A stretch of DNA of 64,000 bases from Bacteroidales bacterium (lineage in GTDB: Bacteria > Bacteroidota > Bacteroidia > Bacteroidales > UBA3824): assembly GCA_024413595.1 (NCBI GenBank), contig JAKSUC010000002.1, forward strand, positions 35,335 through 99,334, given 5' to 3'. Positions 18,209 to 24,538 of the stretch are shown piece by piece; within the stretch, counting starts at the first letter, position 1; each line of letters starts with the position of its first letter. The translations under genes and the position numbers were made by a program. A model generated the notes under the pieces. The model was given only the letters and a program-made list of their open reading frames with translations. It was not told the DNA's origin and did no database searches.

Positions 18209-18862
18209 TTAAACAAACTGAGTTTTCATTGTATCCGAAAATGGAAAACGTCCAAATGAAAAACGGTTTTCTTTTTGATTTTCAGCAATATTTATATTTG
18301 TTGTATCAATTCCCAAACGTTCGCAAATTGTACGAATATATAGGTCTTTGATTTTAGGATTTTGAACTGGATTGCCAATAAGAATTACGCGATTGTTTTC
18401 GTCTAATAAAAAACAATGAAAACGTTCATCTGACGGAAAATTATTTAGTATGTTTAGAGAATCGTTATAATCAATGAAAATAGGATAATCAAAACCACTA
18501 GTTTTAAGAATAGTTTTGAAATTTCGTGTCTGAATAATATCATCTTTAGGATTAAATGTTATAATAGTTGGACATTTGTTATCAGAAAGTTTCATAATTT
18601 GTTTAATAAAATTATTCCAAACTTCTAATTTTAATTTACAACTTGAACATCCAGAAGAATCTATATATCTAAGCAATTTTACTTTACTTTTGACTTCTAA
18701 TATATTATTGTCTTTATTTGTTGTATAAAAATTTATATCTTGTGGAAATTCTATTTTTTTATTTGTCCATTGCGCAAATAAATCATAAGATTTTTTTGCT
18801 GTATCATTACAAGATATTAATGTTATAATTAAGACAAATATTAATACAAATTTAGTTTTCAT
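18209..18862 (-). CDS. cassette 2: thioredoxin-fold (CxxC) lipoprotein, truncated within the DUF1573 domain
   Basis: The likely start is MKTKFVLIFVLIITLISC (ATG at 18860-18862), since the track ORF extends to 18889. CxxC motif SGCSSCKLKL. The C-terminal half is identical to cassettes 1 and 3. Confidence 0.65.
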   Translation of the reverse strand: MKTKFVLIFVLIITLISCNDTAKKSYDLFAQWTNKKIEFPQDINFYTTNKDNNILEVKSKVKLLRYIDSSGCSSCKLKLEVWNNFIKQIMKLSDNKCPTIITFNPKDDIIQTRNFKTILKTSGFDYPIFIDYNDSLNILNNFPSDERFHCFLLDENNRVILIGNPVQNPKIKDLYIRTICERLGIDTTNINIAENQKENRFSFGRFPFSDTMKTQFV

Positions 18863-18863
18863 T

Positions 18864-19859
18864 CTATTCGTATTTGAATTTAACAACACTAAATTCTGGT
18901 GTTACAGCATAAATACATTTCTTGTTTTCATCAATACAAAAATTAAAAATTTGAGTATCCAAATTAAATATTTTAATTGGATTACCTTCGTAATCAAAAA
19001 CAAATATTTCATTAGAATATTCTTCATCAGCTTCAATAGGTTTTCCACTATATAAAGCCATAATATAATCAGAAGTTGATGCACAGCAAGGATAAGTATC
19101 TCTTTCAATATCACCTTTATGAGGCAAGTTCATTGGACCAATAATTCTTTTATATAATGTTAAATCACTATTATAAATATCAATCATATCATTAATTGAA
19201 TATGCAATTACAATTTTATCACGATGAGAATTATAGCTAATAGTACTATGTAAATAATTAGACCAATTATGTTCTAATGAAAATTCAGGATATAAAACAT
19301 TAGGATATGGAGCATACTTTATATTACTTGTTAATTTGGTATCAAATTCACACAACATCGTATCATTATTAGAATATAATGAAGTAATTAAATTTCCATT
19401 GTTATTCTGAATAAATGATGTTATAGTTTGATCAAATTGAATTTCTTCAATAGGAAGACAACCAATAGTTGTTACAAAGTCATCATATTTATATTTTCTT
19501 ATTAATCGAAAATGAGGCTCTGCAGCCATTACATAATCATCTGTAACAAATATGAAATTACATTGAACACTTTCATTAGGTCCCAATCCACTTGGAACGT
19601 TATATGTTAGAAAATTATTATTATTTAAATTAAATGTTTGAACAAAATAATCTCCTGATCTATTAATTATAAACAAAAGAGAATCTTTTAAATGAATTGA
19701 TAATGGATTCCAAATTGTATCAAGGTTCATTATTTCTCCATGTAATTTTACTTCCTTGAAATCTTCTCTATTTATTCTTATATAATCATTATTCGAGGTA
19801 TTGTTATTACATGAAGAGAAAATGATTAACGAAAATAATAATATTGTTAGCTTTTTCAT
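18864..19859 (-). CDS. cassette 2: 6-bladed beta-propeller-type lipoprotein
   Basis: 331 aa. Lipobox IFSSC and motif SGLGPNESVQC. Paralog of the 15876, 22127 and 28645 genes. Confidence 0.6.
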   Translation of the reverse strand: MKKLTILLFSLIIFSSCNNNTSNNDYIRINREDFKEVKLHGEIMNLDTIWNPLSIHLKDSLLFIINRSGDYFVQTFNLNNNNFLTYNVPSGLGPNESVQCNFIFVTDDYVMAAEPHFRLIRKYKYDDFVTTIGCLPIEEIQFDQTITSFIQNNNGNLITSLYSNNDTMLCEFDTKLTSNIKYAPYPNVLYPEFSLEHNWSNYLHSTISYNSHRDKIVIAYSINDMIDIYNSDLTLYKRIIGPMNLPHKGDIERDTYPCCASTSDYIMALYSGKPIEADEEYSNEIFVFDYEGNPIKIFNLDTQIFNFCIDENKKCIYAVTPEFSVVKFKYE

Positions 19860-19861
19860 TT

Positions 19862-20509
19862 TTATATATTTTTAAGTTTATATGCTAGAATTTTTAACGA
19901 CTTTGTATTCATTAATATTCTATTAATCAATTGTTTAGAAATCAATTTAGTTTCTTGAATATTAAGAATTTGATTTAATAAAGATTGAGAAATATTTGCA
20001 TTTTTATCCACAATTAATACAAGTGGCGTTTCTTTATCATAAATCATTGGTTTTGTGTTAAATTTATAAAATTTAAAATATTCATTAGGTGAAGAATTTG
20101 GAATTTTATATTGAATATACATTTTTAAATTACTAAACACAAATAAAATATCATTATTTCTATATCCAGTTTTAAGAATATCAATATTTTCATTACATAT
20201 AAACTTACCAAAACCGATAGATAATTTTTGCCTCATTTCATAATTTTCATTATAAATAATTTCAGGCGTAGTAAAATTGCTTGATTTTTTTAAATCATAA
20301 TAGTTAATAGAAATATTCCCTATTAATGACTTAAAATCAATTGTTTGTTCTATAGAATTAAAAATAGCTTTTTTATAAATTTCGTATGTCTTTAAAAATT
20401 CTGCACTATATACTTCTTCAGTTTCTTCTTGCTCTTGAGCTAATAAATACTTATTATTAAATAGTAATAATAAAAGAATAAATGTATTTAATATAATTTG
20501 CTTGTTCAT
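19862..20509 (-). CDS. cassette 2: secreted accessory protein of unknown function
   Basis: Likely ATG at 20507-20509 (MNKQIILNTFILLLLLF...LLAQ signal). The C-terminal stretch PLVLIVDKNANISQSLLNQILNIQETK aligns with PLALVLNKKNNIPEDIINRVLSVKDTK of the 23155..23748 protein. Confidence 0.5.
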   Translation of the reverse strand: MNKQIILNTFILLLLLFNNKYLLAQEQEETEEVYSAEFLKTYEIYKKAIFNSIEQTIDFKSLIGNISINYYDLKKSSNFTTPEIIYNENYEMRQKLSIGFGKFICNENIDILKTGYRNNDILFVFSNLKMYIQYKIPNSSPNEYFKFYKFNTKPMIYDKETPLVLIVDKNANISQSLLNQILNIQETKLISKQLINRILMNTKSLKILAYKLKNI

Positions 20510-20523
20510 ATTATTTAAATATA

Positions 20524-20559
20524 ACAATTTTGGTAATAATCAATTATTACCAAAATTGT
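20524..20559 (-). promoter_or_regulatory. intercistronic stem-loop directly 3' of peptide gene 2
   Basis: Perfect 16-bp arms ACAATTTTGGTAATAA / TTATTACCAAAATTGT with a 4-nt loop. Confidence 0.7.
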
Positions 20560-20576
20560 ATTAAATTATCATTATT

Positions 20577-20837
20577 TTACATATGTCCTGTAATACATGG
20601 ATATGGACAACTACCATTGCATTTACTCCCACTTTGCGCACCAACACCTACAACATCACACCATTTATTATTGAAAAAAGCATTCTTACAACAATTATTA
20701 ATTATTTCACCATAATCAGCTAATGCTTCTAAATTATCCATTTGTAATTCACTCAATTGATTATTATTTTGATTAGCTTGGAATACACCAAATGCACTTG
20801 CTGCAATAAAAGCTACAGCGATAAATAATTTTTTCAT
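20577..20837 (-). CDS. cassette 2: NVEALA-motif small Cys-rich secreted peptide
   Basis: Likely start MKKLFIAVAFIAASAFGVFQANQNNNQLSELQMDNLEALADYGE (ATG at 20835-20837), then the core IINNCCKNAFFNNKWCDVVGVGAQSGSKCNGSCPYPCITGHM (6 Cys). Confidence 0.8.
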   Translation of the reverse strand: MKKLFIAVAFIAASAFGVFQANQNNNQLSELQMDNLEALADYGEIINNCCKNAFFNNKWCDVVGVGAQSGSKCNGSCPYPCITGHM

Positions 20838-21157
20838 TTTTGTTAAAATTTTGCATTTTCTTAGACTTTGAATATTTTTTACGTCCAAGAAAAAAATTAA
20901 TAATTTAATAGATAAAATAAATCCACTTAAAAATATAAATTAAGTGTCGTTATCGCACATTAATTCCTTGAATTATGTTGACAACTTTTTGGATGGTTAA
21001 TACGTTTAAGTTTTCATAGCTTTTTATTTAAAGTTAAACAATAGGGGAGATGGTTGAGAAGTTTGGAGGACGTCCGCAATCACTCCCCTTTTTTTATAAC
21101 CATATTTTTCTTAATGATTACGCAACAAATGTATAGTAGTTATTTTACATTTCCAAA
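20838..21157 (-). promoter_or_regulatory. promoter plus conserved 5' leader (copy B)
   Basis: On the minus strand, TTTG (21154-21157) and TAcaTTTG (21126-21133) with a 20-nt spacer. Same hairpins as copy A. Confidence 0.6.
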
Positions 21158-21247
21158 TATTTTTTCAATATTTTTTTGTTTTTTTAATATGATATATAAT
21201 TTTTTGATTATAAAATATTTAGTTTAACTGTTTTATTAAATTATGTA

Positions 21248-21451
21248 TTAATTTACAGCCACTCCATCTACTATATAGACGATCGGTTTTTCTTTAGAAT
21301 TCGTTTTTACATAAACTTCACGCGAAAATTCTTCTGGTTTGTCGGTTTTGAAAGATACTGAAACTATTGCAGAATCAGACTTTTTAATTACAGATTTGTC
21401 AATTTTTGCAGTAGTACATTCACAAGATGTAAAAATTGTATCAATTTTCAT
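21248..21451 (-). CDS. cassette 3: DUF1573 C-terminal segment after an in-frame TAA
   Basis: 67 aa, near-identical to 17987..18187 except for the last residues (VYIVDGVAVN). In frame with 21473..22126 across a TAA at 21473-21475. Confidence 0.6.
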   Translation of the reverse strand: MKIDTIFTSCECTTAKIDKSVIKKSDSAIVSVSFKTDKPEEFSREVYVKTNSKEKPIVYIVDGVAVN

Positions 21452-21659
21452 TTCTAATAAACTATCATTTTTTTAAACAAACTGAGTTTTCATTGTATCC
21501 GAAAATGGAAAACGTCCAAATGAAAAACGGTTTTCTTTTTGATTTTCAGCAATATTTATATTTGTTGTATCAATTCCCAAACGTTCGCAAATTGTACGAA
21601 TATATAGGTCTTTGATTTTGGGATTTTGAACGGGATTGCCAATAAGAATTACGCGATTG
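21248..21659. repeat. homogenised 3' block, copy 3
   Basis: Near-identical by eye to 15016-15432 and 17987-18403. Confidence 0.8.
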
Positions 21660-22126
21660 GAAGAATCGAGAAGGAAACAATGTAAATATTCTTCTGGAGG
21701 AAAACTATTTAAATTAAATATTTCATTTTTTTGATCTATAACAACAGGATGTTCAAAATAAGCCATTCTTAAATTAGTATGAATTTCTCTAATTTCATTT
21801 TTTTTATTTTTAGGATTAATTATAAATAATTTAGCGCACCTATTATTTGTTTTTGCATCAATATAACTAAAAAAATTATTCCAATCAGTTAAACGCATTT
21901 TGCAATTTGTACAGCCAGTTGAATCAATGTAAAACAATATTTTTAGTTCATTATTACTATTATACTCAATTGTATCAGTACCTAATTTCGTAAATATTAA
22001 ATTAGGTAATTTTATTGTTTTATTTGACCATTCATTAACAAGATTTATATAATTCTGTTTATTGTTACAAGAAAATAGTAAACATAATATAAATACAAAT
22101 GAAATTAAACTATAAAATTTATTCAT
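21473..22126 (-). CDS. cassette 3: thioredoxin-fold (CxxC) lipoprotein, truncated within the DUF1573 domain
   Basis: 217 aa. Lipobox LLFSC and CxxC motif TGCTNCKMRL. The divergent N-terminal half is followed by a C-terminal half identical to the other copies. Confidence 0.65.
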   Translation of the reverse strand: MNKFYSLISFVFILCLLFSCNNKQNYINLVNEWSNKTIKLPNLIFTKLGTDTIEYNSNNELKILFYIDSTGCTNCKMRLTDWNNFFSYIDAKTNNRCAKLFIINPKNKKNEIREIHTNLRMAYFEHPVVIDQKNEIFNLNSFPPEEYLHCFLLDSSNRVILIGNPVQNPKIKDLYIRTICERLGIDTTNINIAENQKENRFSFGRFPFSDTMKTQFV

Positions 22127-23179
22127 TTATTTATAATTAAATTTAACAATACTAAACTCTGGAGTTTCGGCAATTGCATAAATTGAATTATTTTCTTCAT
22201 CAACAGCCAAACCATATATGTCAATATTTAAATTGAAAACCTTAAAAGGATTTCCTTCATAATCAAAAACTAATATTTGATTTGGAATAGGATTATCTGG
22301 TGCAGTTTTCCCCTCATAATAGCAACACCAAATATATTTTTTTGTTAAACAACATAATACACATGATCTTTTAGTAGAAGAATTAGGACTTAAAAAGTTA
22401 TCACGTTCTACCATTAATGGTTCAAATCCTATTGGTCCGTGAACACGAGATATTAAATTTAAATCATTATCATAAATATCAAATATGTCTGTAAAAGCAT
22501 AAGGAACAACTATTCGTTCGTTGCTATCATTATAATAAATTCGATTTTGGAATGCAAATTTGTTCTCAATGTCTTTATAATTTTTAGAACTTTCCAAAAT
22601 AGGATATGGAGTATGTTTATCTATTTTATTACCTAAACTATCAAATAATGTTATGGTATTACTTGTATCAATATGACTTGCACCAACTAAATTATTATTA
22701 GATAACAAAACCATTGCGGTTGGATAATAATCTTTTGCTTCGTATGTTGCTATATTACAAATATGCGATTTTTCTAAAAAGTCTTTTTTAGAATATTTCA
22801 TTAGTTGATTTGTTTGTATACTAAATGACAAAATATAATCTTTCATAATCTGCAAAGACCAACAATCAAGACTTTCATTTGGACCAACACCAAAAGTAAT
22901 ATTTTCACATTTTTTTAATTTTGTCTCAAAATCAAATACTTGAGCAAAATTTTCTTGGGATTTATCTATTAATATTAGATTATTATCTTCAATAAAAATT
23001 TGAGTTGGTTTCCAAATCGAATCAAGATTAACAATCTCATAATCAAGATTTTCAATTGATTGAAAGTCATCATAGGTTATATTTTTGATTGACTTATCAA
23101 GATTATTTTCCGAATTGCAACTACAAATAAATATAGCAATTATTATATAAAAATTTATTTTTCCCATGTTTTTACACAA
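22127..23179 (-). CDS. cassette 3: 6-bladed beta-propeller-type lipoprotein
   Basis: 350 aa (start may be M5 at 23167). Lipobox FICSC and motif FGVGPNESLDC. Confidence 0.6.
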   Translation of the reverse strand: MCKNMGKINFYIIIAIFICSCNSENNLDKSIKNITYDDFQSIENLDYEIVNLDSIWKPTQIFIEDNNLILIDKSQENFAQVFDFETKLKKCENITFGVGPNESLDCWSLQIMKDYILSFSIQTNQLMKYSKKDFLEKSHICNIATYEAKDYYPTAMVLLSNNNLVGASHIDTSNTITLFDSLGNKIDKHTPYPILESSKNYKDIENKFAFQNRIYYNDSNERIVVPYAFTDIFDIYDNDLNLISRVHGPIGFEPLMVERDNFLSPNSSTKRSCVLCCLTKKYIWCCYYEGKTAPDNPIPNQILVFDYEGNPFKVFNLNIDIYGLAVDEENNSIYAIAETPEFSIVKFNYK

Positions 23180-23748
23180 AATGTTAATATTTCAAAATAA
23201 GTAGTATTATTTTTTATATAATTTATATCATTTTTATTTATTTCTTTAGTATCCTTTACTGATAAAACACGATTAATAATATCTTCTGGAATATTATTTT
23301 TTTTATTTAATACTAAAGCTAAAGGTATATATCTATTTGTTTTAAAATCTTGTATTTCAAATGGATATAAAATTATATTAATATTTTGATGCTCTCTTTT
23401 AAATGGAATATATAATGTTCCACGTGCTGTTGTTGTCATAACACAACAGATATCATTTTGATCTATTGCTAACGCAAAAATATGACTTAATGAACTATCA
23501 AAATCTTGATAAAAATAAGTTTTCCCATGAAAAAAGTCACTTTTTTCTTTTAAATTATAAGAAAAAACAAATAATCTTGCTTTTGCATTTAATATAGGAA
23601 TTTTATATTTTATATTACTGTTTTTTAGAATTATTGCGTGCGGATTTACAGATCCAGCTTGTAAACCAAATGATGCAACAGCAACTTCTCCTTGGGCATA
23701 AACATTATAACTTAAAAATACAAATATTAAAATAAAAAATATCTTCAT
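23155..23748 (-). CDS. cassette 3: secreted accessory protein of unknown function (homolog of 19862..20509)
   Basis: 197 aa with signal peptide MKIFFILIFVFLSYNVYAQ and C-terminal similarity to the cassette 2 accessory protein. Confidence 0.5.
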   Translation of the reverse strand: MKIFFILIFVFLSYNVYAQGEVAVASFGLQAGSVNPHAIILKNSNIKYKIPILNAKARLFVFSYNLKEKSDFFHGKTYFYQDFDSSLSHIFALAIDQNDICCVMTTTARGTLYIPFKREHQNINIILYPFEIQDFKTNRYIPLALVLNKKNNIPEDIINRVLSVKDTKEINKNDINYIKNNTTYFEILTFCVKTWEK

Positions 23749-23767
23749 AATAATACGAATAATTTAT

Positions 23768-23802
23768 AATTCTGTTATTGATATTAAATCAATAACAGAA
23801 TT
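23768..23802 (-). promoter_or_regulatory. intercistronic stem-loop directly 3' of peptide pseudogene 3
   Basis: Perfect 15-bp arms AATTCTGTTATTGAT / ATCAATAACAGAATT with a 5-nt loop. Confidence 0.7.
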
Positions 23803-23843
23803 AATCTATAATAAATAGCCTATTATATAATAAGCAAAATTTT

Positions 23844-24085
23844 TTAATTAGGATAACTATCAGGACAACGCTCAGTATATCCAGTACTTGTATACATTAT
23901 ATCACAATACCAATAAGGATTATAATGACATACCATACGACATCCATATGAAGCACTTTCACCTTGTGCCAAAAGTTCAGCATTTTCCATTTGTAATTCA
24001 CTCAATTGATTATTATTTTGATTAGCTTGGAATCACCAAATGCACTTGCTGCAATAAAAGCTACAGCGATAAATAATTTTTTCAT
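23844..24085 (-). pseudogene. cassette 3: NVEALA-motif peptide gene with a 1-nt deletion (frameshift)
   Basis: The span is 242 nt, which is not a multiple of 3. Compared with gene 2 (ggaatacaccaaatgc), this copy reads ggaatcaccaaatgc. The conceptual repair gives MKKLFIAVAFIAASAFGVFQANQNNNQLSELQMENAELLAQGE followed by SASYGCRMVCHYNPYWYCDIMYTSTGYTERCPDSYPN. Confidence 0.8.
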
Positions 24086-24409
24086 TTTTGTTAAAATTTT
24101 GCATTTTCTTAGACTTTGAATATTTTTTACGTCCAAGAAAAAAATTAATAATTTAATAGATAAAATAAATCCACTTAAAAATAAAAATTAAGTGTCGTTA
24201 TCGCACATTAATTCCTTGAATTATGTTGACAACTTTTGGATGGTTAATTCGTTTAAGTTTTCATAGCTTTATTATTTAAAGTTAGACAATAGGGGAAATG
24301 GTTGAGAAGTTTGGTAGACGTACGCAATCACTCCCCTTTTTATTTTTATAACCATATTTTTCTTAATGATTACGTAACAAATTTATGATAGTAATTTTAC
24401 ATTTCCAAA
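24086..24409 (-). promoter_or_regulatory. promoter plus conserved 5' leader (copy C)
   Basis: On the minus strand, TTTG (24406-24409) and TAaaTTTG (24378-24385) with a 20-nt spacer. Same hairpins as the other copies, with clustered substitutions at the tip of the GGGGA hairpin. Confidence 0.55.
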
Positions 24410-24538
24410 TATTTTTTCAACTTTTTTTTTGTTTTTTTTAATATGATATATAATTTTTTGATTATAAAATATTTAGTTTAACTGTTTTATTAAATTATTA
24501 TGTGTGTATTATATAATTTAAATACCAAATAAATGATT

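Larger units (their letters stand above)
17641..18403. repeat. segmental duplication block, copy 2
   Basis: Near-identical to 14664-15432 by eye. Confidence 0.85.

Noticed and set aside
18209-18211. Alternative genetic code (TAA reassigned) as the explanation for the in-frame stops
   Set aside because: Many well-supported genes in the window, such as the peptide pseudogene reading frame and the alpha-2-macroglobulin gene, end where expected at ordinary TAA or TAG stops with sensible lengths. Global reassignment is therefore not supported.
14664-24500. Mobile element, prophage or ICE as the cause of the repeated cassettes
   Set aside because: There is no integrase, transposase, terminal inverted repeat or target-site duplication around the units. 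The junction contains a fragment of the neighbouring chromosomal gene, which points to homologous or unequal recombination.
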